64,000 nt of DNA, taken from positions 1,985 through 65,984 of the forward strand of contig JBIJAX010000005.1 of the NCBI GenBank assembly GCA_044345485.1, given 5' to 3'. The notes under the pieces are model-generated. The model was not told the origin of the DNA. It did no database searches and saw only the letters and a program-made list of their open reading frames with translations. Origin of the DNA: Candidatus Kapaibacterium sp. GTDB taxonomy: Bacteria > Bacteroidota > Ignavibacteria > Kapaibacteriales > Kapaibacteriaceae. Positions 55,401 through 63,334 of the stretch are shown here, piece after piece (the stretch's first letter is position 1; every line of letters starts with the position of its first letter). The position numbers and the translations under genes are program-made.

Positions 55401-55928
55401 ACTAAGCAGGAGTTCGTTTTTTGTTGAGATGTCGCCAAAGCCATCATCTTGTCGCATATCAACGATGCTGTAGTAGAGGCAGAGGCATCGTGAGCTTGCA
55501 TTGGCTGCTGTAACAGGTGCTGCATTGAAAATATAATAGAGGTCTGGCCGGCCGGGTGCCGGCACGATAAGGGCACTCTGGCTTGTTGACGGGTCTCCAA
55601 ACAACCCACGACCATTGGGCATTACGTCATGCAGCCGATTCCAGACGGTAACGCCGTCTGTGTAAAAGAGCAGTTCACCAGTTGCCGGATCAGATATTGA
55701 CGCACACCCCTCGCTTGTAGATAGGCGACCATCGTCTATTGGCTCTGCTTTACCGTTCGCAAAGGTGAGTCCAGCATACTGGCCAAAGTACCAGTTTCTT
55801 ACAGCTGAGGGCTGGGCAGCGACGTGGCCATGTGGCATAAGCATGCACAAACCAATAACAGTTGCGCATATGACAACATGCGCAACATGCACGTATGCAA
55901 CGAAGGAGTATCGTTGATGGCAGACCAT
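52413..55928 (-). CDS. Secreted multi-domain surface protein (1171 aa): N-terminal propeller-like domain, PKD domain, six Cys-containing Ig-like modules, cohesin-like domain, T9SS C-terminal sorting domain
   Basis: …WYFGQYAGLTFANG… N-domain. PKD (…CAGSCTSFQDLSTGSIESWMWSFEGG…GTYTIQLVTSN…). C-terminal …GQGVYAVTAST…FPVVWLP. Its stop lies 21 nt upstream of the TonB-dependent receptor start region. Confidence 0.8.
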   Translation of the reverse strand: MVCHQRYSFVAYVHVAHVVICATVIGLCMLMPHGHVAAQPSAVRNWYFGQYAGLTFANGKAEPIDDGRLSTSEGCASISDPATGELLFYTDGVTVWNRLHDVMPNGRGLFGDPSTSQSALIVPAPGRPDLYYIFNAAPVTAANASSRCLCLYYSIVDMRQDDGFGDISTKNELLLSDVTEHLTAGADCRGDGWWIITRSRLSRHFYSIHLTRDELRSLPVVSDVGNPLLAVRDAGQMHVSPDNRKLVLTSIAGHTQLFDFDGQTGKVSNATTVMQSPNGMAHYGAAFSLDGRMLYVATSPESSSSSARIYQFDITKPTNEQIASSAFFLGEVAGINSWIAMQLGPDGRIYVGRPGEPSLSVINAPQNYGLAAQYADNSLRLSGVMRLGLPNIIGPMLIEPSQRSVQCALPNANFEQPRVVCAGSCTSFQDLSTGSIESWMWSFEGGVPSLSTERNPSRICYSKPGTYTIQLVTSNLYGADTVATTIRVEAAPTLMLDSTITVCPGVPFQLKAQGAQSYEWFPAQPLSNPRIAAPSATISATTRFTVIGASANGCTDTATILVRVPSMSATGDATICAGATAQLRAQGASSYAWSPTTGLDDPTSQNPTARPSATTKYTVRLTSGSCAVVDTVVVTVLDSFAVDIARPQLLCSSDTVTLSASAGTIHEWSGSGVLDRYSPKTRVVLGMEPVDIILLAKSGDCVAYDTVRLEPRLSPTITAGPDQRICQGEVVSLSATTSASRVQWLSASGVVLDSGTSVAASPKITTSYIAAAISDSGCVTFDTVVVFVIRTPLINAGADISLCQGASKRLLSDGDAETISWYPADGLDNPTAVSPVASPAVTTTYVMRAQIGDCITEDTVTVYVSRLNLRTSESSAICRGDVTQIKSFGAITYRWTPSAGLSDSTSPSPYARPDTTTTYYVVGFDALGCVQTASVTITVRDTVPIKLIAGSVTASAGEDSIGIPVYIEVPPDALPLHVDDFRATLVHDATAFFPSMISRGSIRTSMRGTDRLSHIRIENMDVISSRQKITEVQGLVLAGRTINTPTTWENVEWFADHCPNMTTKPGVLFITGCNLLGRLLRSLSKPVVRVIPHPRDKTIELIVDAGMPGEHDLRVVGLDGSTLWHHRFENISTEPIQHRFTVDMTNVGQGVYAVTASTVDEAQSFPVVWLP
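53109..54440 (-). repeat. Six tandem ~65-75-aa modules (pattern IC-G…L-A-GA-SY-W-P…GL…P…TT-Y-V…GC…DTV-V-V)
   Basis: Examples: …ATICAGATAQLRAQGASSYAWSPTTGLDDPTSQNPTARPSATTKYTVRLTSGSCAVVDTVVVTV… and …SAICRGDVTQIKSFGAITYRWTPSAGLSDSTSPSPYARPDTTTTYYVVGFDALGCVQTASVTITV… . Confidence 0.7.
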
Positions 55929-56059
55929 GACAGAGATGGCAACAAAATAGTCAAAAACAAGCCCCTTACGCTACCGTGAACATTACCTGATTTTAACGTC
56001 GACGCCGGCGGAGAAACTGTAATTTCGAACGGTCGAAAACTCACCAACAGCATGGCAGT

Positions 56060-56761
56060 ATGGAAAAGAAAATCCTGGTAGTGGACGACGAGCAGGACAT
56101 TCTGGATCTGATCTCGTACAACCTCTCAAAAGAGGGCTTTAAGGTATTTACTGCCGCAGATGGAGTTCAGGGACTTGAAACAGCAAAGACAAGTCGTCCT
56201 GACCTGATCATTCTGGATATTATGATGCCCGGCAAGGACGGTTTTGAAGTCTGCCGTGCTCTGCGTCAAGACGCGTCGTTCTCTTCAACGGCCATCATGT
56301 TCCTTACGGCAAAATCTGGTGAGATCGATCAGATTCTGGGCCTTGAGTTGGGCGCAGATGATTACCTGCAAAAACCGATTTCGCCCCGAGTGCTCCTAGC
56401 GCGAGTAAAAACAATGCTCCGGCGCGGAAGCGAGACGGTAAAAACCGAAATGATCGCAGCTCCTGAACTGCTTCGTGTAGGCAACGTCGAAGTCAATCGA
56501 CAGAACTACACGGTCCGCGTCGACGGCAAAGAGATCTTCTTTCCTAAGAAGGAGTTCGAGTTGCTGGCCTTCCTCGCCTCCAACCGGGGTAAGGTATTCT
56601 CCAGAGAGTCGCTTTTGCGGAGAATATGGGGCGAGAGTGTCTACGTTATCGACAGAACGGTCGACGTTCACGTGAGTAAGATCCGTGAGAAACTCGGCCC
56701 ATATGGCAGTTGGATTGAAACTGTGAAGGGTGTTGGCTACCGTTTCACGGAACAGGTCTAA
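56060..56761 (+). CDS. Response regulator, OmpR/PhoB family (receiver plus winged-helix DNA-binding domain)
   Basis: …KILVVDDEQDILDL…, phospho-acceptor context …DLIILDIMMPGKDG…, and C-terminal …RTVDVHVSKIREKL…GVGYRF… . Confidence 0.9.
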   Translation: MEKKILVVDDEQDILDLISYNLSKEGFKVFTAADGVQGLETAKTSRPDLIILDIMMPGKDGFEVCRALRQDASFSSTAIMFLTAKSGEIDQILGLELGADDYLQKPISPRVLLARVKTMLRRGSETVKTEMIAAPELLRVGNVEVNRQNYTVRVDGKEIFFPKKEFELLAFLASNRGKVFSRESLLRRIWGESVYVIDRTVDVHVSKIREKLGPYGSWIETVKGVGYRFTEQV

Positions 56762-56769
56762 CTTTGTTC

Positions 56770-57723
56770 ATGGCCGAAGAGCTGTTGTTGATTGGGACAG
56801 GAATAGCGCTGGGTTGTGCGGGCGCTGGTCTCTGGTTTACTATGCGATCCAGAACGCAGGTGCGCGTTCCCGCAGCACGCATTGCAGAAGTTACGTCGGC
56901 TATCGCCGATGGAGCCACAGGTGCGCGCATTGAGTCAATGTCCGAAGCTCATGAGGATGTTAAGCGGATAGCCGTAGAAATCAACAGGCTAGCAGACCGT
57001 GCCTCCAAGGATATCGAAGAAATGCGTCGCCTCGAGCGCGTGCGCTCTGAGTTTATCGCGAACGTGTCTCACGAACTCCGTACACCGATCTTTAGCGTGC
57101 AGGGATATCTCGAAACGCTGCTCGATGGCGCCGTAGACGACCCCAACGTGTCGATGGTGTTTCTAGAAAAGGCATACCTCAATGCGTTGCGTTTGAACGC
57201 GCTGCTCAACGATCTCATCGATATCTCACGTATCGAAAGCGGGGAGTTAAAGTTCTCGTTCCGCTATTTCGACATGAACGAGCTGATTAACGAACTCGTC
57301 CAGACAATGCAGATACGCGCTGAACAGCGCAGCGTACGCGTTGAGTTAGAACTTTGCACAGTCTCTAGTGTATACGGAGACAAAGAACGTCTAACACAGG
57401 TGCTGACGAATCTGATTGATAATGCAATCAAGTATAATGTAGAGGGCGGTACTGTAAGGATTGCCACAAGGCCTGTGAGCAAGGGTGTGTGCATCACCAT
57501 CAGTGATACGGGGATCGGCATCCCTCAGGAACACCTTGCGCGAATTTTTGAGCGCTTCTATCGCGTGGATAAAGATCGTTCACGAGCAGTTGGTGGTACA
57601 GGCCTTGGTTTGGCTATCGTAAAGCACATTCTCGAAGCACATCATTCAGAGCCCCATGTCCGCTCTGAACAGGGCAAGGGTACAGCGATTGAATTCTGCC
57701 TGACGGCAAATGCTGATGCCTGA
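56770..57723 (+). CDS. Sensor histidine kinase (short; one TM helix, HisKA and HATPase_c, no obvious sensor domain)
   Basis: H-box …FIANVSHELRTPI…, N-box …LTNLIDNAIKYN…, G1 …ISDTGIGIP…, G2 …GGTGLGLAIVKHI… . The start is ATG 56770 (the track TTG is at 56764). Confidence 0.85.
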   Translation: MAEELLLIGTGIALGCAGAGLWFTMRSRTQVRVPAARIAEVTSAIADGATGARIESMSEAHEDVKRIAVEINRLADRASKDIEEMRRLERVRSEFIANVSHELRTPIFSVQGYLETLLDGAVDDPNVSMVFLEKAYLNALRLNALLNDLIDISRIESGELKFSFRYFDMNELINELVQTMQIRAEQRSVRVELELCTVSSVYGDKERLTQVLTNLIDNAIKYNVEGGTVRIATRPVSKGVCITISDTGIGIPQEHLARIFERFYRVDKDRSRAVGGTGLGLAIVKHILEAHHSEPHVRSEQGKGTAIEFCLTANADA

Positions 57724-57729
57724 AGACCG

Positions 57730-60579
57730 TTAGTGACGGATCATTACCGGTGCGTATAGCAGCACTCCCTCAACACTGCCGGAAATGACATAGAACCCCG
57801 TGGCTAATGCTTGCGACTCGATGGTCACGTTATGTCCATTCTGCTTATACACGATAGAATGCAGTCTGCCTGATGCATCATACATCACCAGATTCTGAAC
57901 AGGCTGATCGGTTGACAACGTGAGATTGATATGAGCGTCAGCAGGATTTGGTGAAATGCTGACGGTGAATGCTTGATCTGACTCTGGCACGCTTGATACC
58001 ACACCCCACATTATGTCATCGATGTAGAATCCATCGGACTGACGTGACGCATTGCTGCGAAAGCGAAGGCGCGTATAGATCGTGTCGCCTTCATATCCCT
58101 TGAACTCGACCACCGCTCGCCTCCAGGCATCGTCTCCCTTTGTTGTATCTGCCCAGCGCGCATCTTTGCCTGCGTTCCACCAAGCACGTTGCGTCCAAGG
58201 GCCAGCTAGGCTGCTGGCAGATTCAAGAAACATGGTGTCCGATGCATCAACGAACGCTGCAACGTCCATCTGAAGTCGCAGCGTCATGCCCGCTGCATTT
58301 GCGTTGCGAAAGGGATATAGTACACATGTATCACGTCGGTTCGGTTGATACAGCGATGTTGGTGCGTAGGCGTAGGACGCTGGTGCCGTGCGATAGAACG
58401 CTGTTGTGCGCGCCCATGGTCCCAGTATCACATGATACCGAGGCTCTTCGGTAAAGCTGACACTTGACGTTGTGAGGGGGCCAGCATATGTTATGACCGT
58501 ATCACTTGATGGACTGATGTTATCATCCTGATCAACAGCTGTTGCAGAAACGCCGTACCAGCCTTGCGATGGCACTTGAAGAGACTCGGTTACGATCTTG
58601 CCTGTATCGCTTGTCGAGTATTTTTTTTCCGTGATGATCTCGCTGGCTGCAAAGCGAAGAGCGGCAAAATTGATGAGTGCATTCACAGAATCGAGTCTGA
58701 GCGTCGGATTTGCGAAGCGTACGTTGATCGTTGCCGGATCTTCATTACCAAGCGCAGATATCACAACTGGTGGCGCTGGTTCTCTTGAGCCCCCTGCATA
58801 TGCAGATGCGAACTGCGTAGCGCTGGAATCCTTCGCATCTGTTGATACGGCCACAAGGGCATACTCGTAACGCTTGTACCTGGTGAGTCCAGTATCTGTG
58901 TGGTTTGTAATGTCGGCATCAAGAGTGGTTATCATGGCACCATCACGATAGAGATGGTAGCGGAAGGCCGATGCAGATAATGGCTGACCGAATGCCTTGG
59001 TAGTTACACGGTCCCATTTGAGTGCAATGGTTGTTGGTGCTGTTGGGATAGTTGATGCGGTAAAGCCAGTTGGCGATGAAGGCGCACGCGAATTCACAAT
59101 GGCCGTGTAGACGTCATTGTCGGCCTTGTTCACTATGGCATTGCGCATGTCTACCCACGATGGATAGATCATGCCGTTATAGAAGTCGCAGCCAGAGTAG
59201 TCACCGGCAAATGTGTTTCCTGTGAATGGATTGTTACGCAGATCGCTATTACCATCGCCTACACGTCGGTCTACCCATGTTGTACCACCATCTGGAGACC
59301 AGCTCACGTATGTGCGTACGTCGATGTTTGCGCTGTCGTCGCGGCTGTCACTATACATTACCGCTACCTCGCCGCTTGTTGGGTCAAGCGCGATCCATGA
59401 CCAAAACTGATCGTTGGTTGTATCGGAATGAACAATGCGAGCTGGACTCCATGTTGCCCCATTATCTGTTGAGCGCGAGAAGTACACGTTGGGATAATTG
59501 TCTGCAGCCCACGTGAGATACATCCAGCCATTCCGGCTGCCACGGGTGTTGTCAATCGTTAGACTCGGATAACATTCAGCGCGGACTACCTTCTTCACGC
59601 GGGAGTTGGACTGGCCGTTGATCGTACTCTTGATGCCGAAAGGGTTGTATGTGTGGATGATGCGAGGCGCAGAGAACGTGCTGCCACCGTCTGTTGAGCG
59701 GGCATAGCGAAGAGAATTTTCTGTTCCACTATTCCAGACCACATGGATCGATCCGTCTGGTCCGGTACGAACCAGAGGAAAGCTCTGTCCAAAAGTCGTC
59801 GCTTCGCTTGTGCCCGGGAACCTGTCGCTTACTGGCACAGGAACGGACCATGTAGCCCCCTCATCAGTGCTCTTGGAGAATACAATCTGTGTTGAGGAGT
59901 CGCGGTTGATCACCCGTTTCCATGGCGTGTACAGGGTGCCTCGGTGTGGAGAAGTAGATGCTGTGTCGACATGGATGTAGTACTTGTCTTCGAAGGATGA
60001 ATCAGCTGTCTGTGGACCAGTGTGAATGATCACAGCTGTGTGCTTCATGCCCCATGTTACACCGCCATCTGTTGTAGAGCTTACGAATACGCCGTTCTCA
60101 CCAAACTGTGCATTGCCAGTGCGGCGAAAACCGCCATACATCAGATAGCCTTTACCGTTGTGATCAAAGCACACAGATGGGTCATTGGAAGACGTCCACC
60201 CCTGACGTGCCGTCCCTAGCGTGATGTTTGTCCAGGTCCGTCCTGCATCTGTTGAATAGTATGCCCACGTCGACGATCCGCCGCGATAGTCAACCGCAGA
60301 GCCAATCAAGTTCTTCGGGTTCTTTGGGTTCACGGCAATAGATGATTCATTTTGTGCAGGCAGCTGATCGGTCTCTGTAGCTACGATCATGCTCGTGTTC
60401 AGGAACAATGTTGGAAGCACTGATTCCTGAACAAAGGGAACCATCAACGCAGGGGGCTCATTGGAGATCACTGGCGTTGGATGGGCCCGTTCCATGTGGC
60501 GTTCATGAATGTTTTCTTGAGCTGCAAGCGTTAGTGCTGCAGCTAGACCAACGGCGAGGGGGAGAAGTCGTTTCATCAT
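57730..60579 (-). CDS. Secreted BNR/Asp-box repeat (sialidase-fold) protein with Fn3-like region and T9SS C-terminal sorting domain
   Basis: Signal peptide (MMKRLLPLAVGLAAALTLAAQ). Asp-boxes: YSTDAGRTW, SSTTDGGVTW, KSTDEGATW, RSTDGGSTF, RSTDNGATW, SPDGGTTW. C-terminal …ISPNPADAHINL…TGFYVISGS… . Confidence 0.8.
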   Translation of the reverse strand: MMKRLLPLAVGLAAALTLAAQENIHERHMERAHPTPVISNEPPALMVPFVQESVLPTLFLNTSMIVATETDQLPAQNESSIAVNPKNPKNLIGSAVDYRGGSSTWAYYSTDAGRTWTNITLGTARQGWTSSNDPSVCFDHNGKGYLMYGGFRRTGNAQFGENGVFVSSTTDGGVTWGMKHTAVIIHTGPQTADSSFEDKYYIHVDTASTSPHRGTLYTPWKRVINRDSSTQIVFSKSTDEGATWSVPVPVSDRFPGTSEATTFGQSFPLVRTGPDGSIHVVWNSGTENSLRYARSTDGGSTFSAPRIIHTYNPFGIKSTINGQSNSRVKKVVRAECYPSLTIDNTRGSRNGWMYLTWAADNYPNVYFSRSTDNGATWSPARIVHSDTTNDQFWSWIALDPTSGEVAVMYSDSRDDSANIDVRTYVSWSPDGGTTWVDRRVGDGNSDLRNNPFTGNTFAGDYSGCDFYNGMIYPSWVDMRNAIVNKADNDVYTAIVNSRAPSSPTGFTASTIPTAPTTIALKWDRVTTKAFGQPLSASAFRYHLYRDGAMITTLDADITNHTDTGLTRYKRYEYALVAVSTDAKDSSATQFASAYAGGSREPAPPVVISALGNEDPATINVRFANPTLRLDSVNALINFAALRFAASEIITEKKYSTSDTGKIVTESLQVPSQGWYGVSATAVDQDDNISPSSDTVITYAGPLTTSSVSFTEEPRYHVILGPWARTTAFYRTAPASYAYAPTSLYQPNRRDTCVLYPFRNANAAGMTLRLQMDVAAFVDASDTMFLESASSLAGPWTQRAWWNAGKDARWADTTKGDDAWRRAVVEFKGYEGDTIYTRLRFRSNASRQSDGFYIDDIMWGVVSSVPESDQAFTVSISPNPADAHINLTLSTDQPVQNLVMYDASGRLHSIVYKQNGHNVTIESQALATGFYVISGSVEGVLLYAPVMIRH

Positions 60580-60595
60580 GTCCGAAATTTAACCA

Positions 60596-60634
60596 CAAAC
60601 AAAAAGCCCGCACCGGTGGTGATACGGTGCGGGC
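60596..60634 (-). terminator. Rho-independent terminator of dnaK
   Basis: On the minus strand: GCCCGCACCG-N9-CGGTGCGGGC followed by TTTTTGTTTG, ~37 nt after the dnaK stop. Confidence 0.78.
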
Positions 60635-60671
60635 CTTGACATCGAGGGCTGACATAGGAGCCCTTGAGATA

Positions 60672-62573
60672 TTACTTTTCGTCGACGACCGTGAAGTCTG
60701 CGTCTTCAACCTTGTTGCCATCTGCGCCAGCTCCGGGAGCTGCTTCGTCTGCTGCCTGCTGTGGCTGGGCTGCAGAGGCTGCCTCATACATCTTTGTCGA
60801 GGCTTCGCTCCATAGTTGGTTAAGCGCATCCATTGCTGGGCGGATATCCGACGCGTTGTTCTTTGCTGCATCGGCCAGACGGTCCTTCGCCTTTGAGATG
60901 CGATCCTTTGTGTCAGCATCGAGCTTCTCATCGAACTCTTTGAGTTGCTTTTCGGTGCTGTACACAAGCTGATCTGCCTGGTTACGCAATTCGATCTCTT
61001 CCTTGCGTTTCTTGTCTTCGGCAGCGTGATCTTGAGCATCGCGCTTCATCTTCTCAACTTCGTTCTTGTCGAGTCCGCTCGAGCCTGTGATACGAATGTT
61101 CTGTTCCTTGTTCGTTGCCTTATCCTTGGCCATAACGCTAAGGATACCGTTGGCATCGATGTCGAACGTCACTTCGATCTGTGGCACGCCACGCGGTGCT
61201 GGTGGGATGCCGTCCAGGTGGAACTTGCCAAGCGTCTTGTTGTCTGCCGCCATCGAACGCTCACCCTGAAGGATGTGGATCTCAACAGATGGCTGACTAT
61301 CCGACGCAGTCGAGAAGGTTTCTGTCTTGCGGTGCGGGATCGTTGTGTTGGACGGAATCATCGGCGTCATAACGCCGCCCATCGTCTCAATGCCGAGCGA
61401 GAGTGGAGTTACATCGAGAAGAAGCACGTCTTTCACATCACCCGAAAGCACGCCGCCTTGAATTGCAGCACCAACGGCAACTACTTCATCTGGGTTTACG
61501 CCCTTTGAAGGTTCCTTGCCGAAGAAGTTCTTGACGAGCTCCTGGATCTTCGGGATGCGTGTAGAGCCCCCTACCAAGATCACATCATCGATCTGCGAAG
61601 GCGTCATCTTTGCATCACGCAGTGCTGCTTCGCAAGGCTTAAGTGATCTATCGAACAGGTCTGTGCAGAGCTGCTCAAAACGAGCGCGTGTGATGTTCAC
61701 GTTCAAGTGCTTCGGACCATCTGCAGTTGCCGTGATGAACGGCAGGTTCACGTCGGTCTGGAGCATTTGTGACAGCTCGATCTTTGCCTTCTCAGCAGCT
61801 TCGCGCAAACGCTGAAGCGCCATTGGGTCCTTGCGCAGATCAATGCTCTCTTGCTTGTTGAATTCATCGGCAAGGAAGTCGATGAGACGTTGGTCAAAGT
61901 TGTCGCCACCAAGGTGTGTGTCTCCGTTGGTAGACTTTACTTCGAACACACCATCGCCGATTTCTAGGATGGAGATATCGAACGTACCACCGCCCAAGTC
62001 GTAGACCGCTACGGTTTGGTTCTGACCCTTTTTATCGAGTCCGTAGGCAAGTGCTGCAGCTGTTGGCTCGTTGATGATACGGCGCACTGTAAGACCGGCG
62101 ATCTCGCCTGCGTCTTTTGTTGCCTGACGTTGTGCATCGTTGAAGTATGCGGGAACAGTGATCACGGCTTCGGTGATCTTCTCGCCCAAGTAATCTTCTG
62201 CTGTCTGCTTCATTTTCTGAAGCGTCATCGCAGAGATTTCAGGGGGCGAGTACAAACGTCCATCGATATCTACGCGCGCCGTGTTGTTGTCGCCAGCGAC
62301 AACGGCATACGGTACGCTCTTGGCTTCGTCTGATACCTCGGCCATCTGACGTCCCATGAAACGCTTGATCGAGTAGATCGTATTCGTTGGGTTTGTAACT
62401 GCCTGACGCTTTGCTGCTTGACCAACAAGGCGTTCTCCGCTCTTTGTGAATGCAACAACAGATGGTGTTGTGCGCATGCCCTCGGCGTTGGCGATAACAA
62501 CTGGTGTTGTTCCTTCCATCACGGCTACACATGAGTTCGTGGTGCCGAGGTCAATTCCGATAATCTTACCCAT
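60672..62573 (-). CDS. dnaK: Molecular chaperone DnaK (Hsp70)
   Basis: [21 protein letters not shown]…, …[12 protein letters not shown]…, …[17 protein letters not shown]… . Full-length Hsp70. Confidence 0.97.
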   Translation of the reverse strand: MGKIIGIDLGTTNSCVAVMEGTTPVVIANAEGMRTTPSVVAFTKSGERLVGQAAKRQAVTNPTNTIYSIKRFMGRQMAEVSDEAKSVPYAVVAGDNNTARVDIDGRLYSPPEISAMTLQKMKQTAEDYLGEKITEAVITVPAYFNDAQRQATKDAGEIAGLTVRRIINEPTAAALAYGLDKKGQNQTVAVYDLGGGTFDISILEIGDGVFEVKSTNGDTHLGGDNFDQRLIDFLADEFNKQESIDLRKDPMALQRLREAAEKAKIELSQMLQTDVNLPFITATADGPKHLNVNITRARFEQLCTDLFDRSLKPCEAALRDAKMTPSQIDDVILVGGSTRIPKIQELVKNFFGKEPSKGVNPDEVVAVGAAIQGGVLSGDVKDVLLLDVTPLSLGIETMGGVMTPMIPSNTTIPHRKTETFSTASDSQPSVEIHILQGERSMAADNKTLGKFHLDGIPPAPRGVPQIEVTFDIDANGILSVMAKDKATNKEQNIRITGSSGLDKNEVEKMKRDAQDHAAEDKKRKEEIELRNQADQLVYSTEKQLKEFDEKLDADTKDRISKAKDRLADAAKNNASDIRPAMDALNQLWSEASTKMYEAASAAQPQQAADEAAPGAGADGNKVEDADFTVVDEK

Positions 62574-62614
62574 TGGGTTTCCTTCAACCTAGAAAAGTGA
62601 GTTATACTGCTTGC

Positions 62615-63055
62615 TTACGAAATGCGAACATCAAGTTCTTTGTGTGCTGCTGGTTCCTTCTTTGGAATCGAAACCGATAGCACGCCGTCCTTGAAGTTTG
62701 CCCTGATTGCTTCTGTCTTAAGGTCCTTCGGAAGCGAGAACGAACGCGAGAACGAACCATAGTTGCGCTCAATGCGTGTGAAGTTCTTTTCTTCCATCTT
62801 TGATTCGCGCTTCTTCTCGCCGCGGATCGTAAGGACACTGTTGTCTGTAACAGTGATCTTCACATCGTTCTTCTCCAGACCTGGTAGTTCTGCATGGAAC
62901 GTTACAGCTTCTGCTTCGTCGCAGATATCAACGCGAGGTGTGAACTCTCCGATTTCGAAACGAACGCCGCCGTCTTGAAAACCATCGAATACTTCGTTCA
63001 TGCGACGGAACACGGTATCGATACCGCGAAATGGATCAACTTTGATGAGGGACAT
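62615..63055 (-). CDS. Hsp20/alpha-crystallin family small heat-shock protein
   Basis: The start was moved to ATG 63055 (AAGGAGAC 5 nt upstream): MSLIKVDPFRGIDTVFRRMNEVF… . The alpha-crystallin core is …AELPGLEKNDVKITVTDNSVLTIRGEKK…ERNYGSFSRSFSLP…A-NFKDGVLSVSIPK… . Confidence 0.9.
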   Translation of the reverse strand: MSLIKVDPFRGIDTVFRRMNEVFDGFQDGGVRFEIGEFTPRVDICDEAEAVTFHAELPGLEKNDVKITVTDNSVLTIRGEKKRESKMEEKNFTRIERNYGSFSRSFSLPKDLKTEAIRANFKDGVLSVSIPKKEPAAHKELDVRIS

Positions 63056-63100
63056 GACTGGTCTCCTTGTGGTGATGAGGATTGACATCTGTTTTGTCTC

Positions 63101-63114
63101 CCAATGGCCATTGG
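63101..63114. promoter_or_regulatory. Perfect 14-nt palindrome CCAATGGCCATTGG upstream of hsp20
   Basis: Self-complementary on direct reading. It lies 46-59 nt upstream of the hsp20 ATG. Confidence 0.4.
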
Positions 63115-63295
63115 TGGAACATCGCTTTCGACGAACCACTTGGAAAATCGTGCCAAACCCAAAAAACTGCCGTAATGGCAGTAATTACGTGTAAGTCGGT
63201 GTCAGTACGGCAGTTGTACTATGCTAAGGGGCTGACATAGTGTCAGGGGGTGGGATGAGTCAAGAAAATGCAGGAAATCTTGCTATGTCACCACT

Positions 63296-63330
63296 GATAT
63301 GTAAAGAAAACCCGAATATTTTTACATATC
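63296..63330. promoter_or_regulatory. Inverted repeat GATATGTAAA-N15-TTTACATATC
   Basis: Perfect 10-nt arms, in the AT-rich stretch of the hsp20/fic intergenic region. Confidence 0.4.
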
Positions 63331-63334
63331 GCGG

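Noticed and set aside
60503-61508. 178-aa minus-strand ORF (other frame) and 187-aa plus-strand ORF overlapping dnaK
   Set aside because: Long alternative-frame and antisense ORFs inside dnaK are a known compositional artefact of its codon pattern. Neither has an SD or start context, and the translations are low-complexity.
60646-63240. 12-mer GGGCTGACATAG present on both sides of the hsp20-dnaK unit (60646-60657 and 63229-63240), which could look like flanking direct repeats of an inserted module
   Set aside because: More than a hundred identical 12-mer pairs are expected by chance in 64 kb (about 64000^2 / (2 x 4^12)). There is no integrase, and there are no longer flanking repeats.
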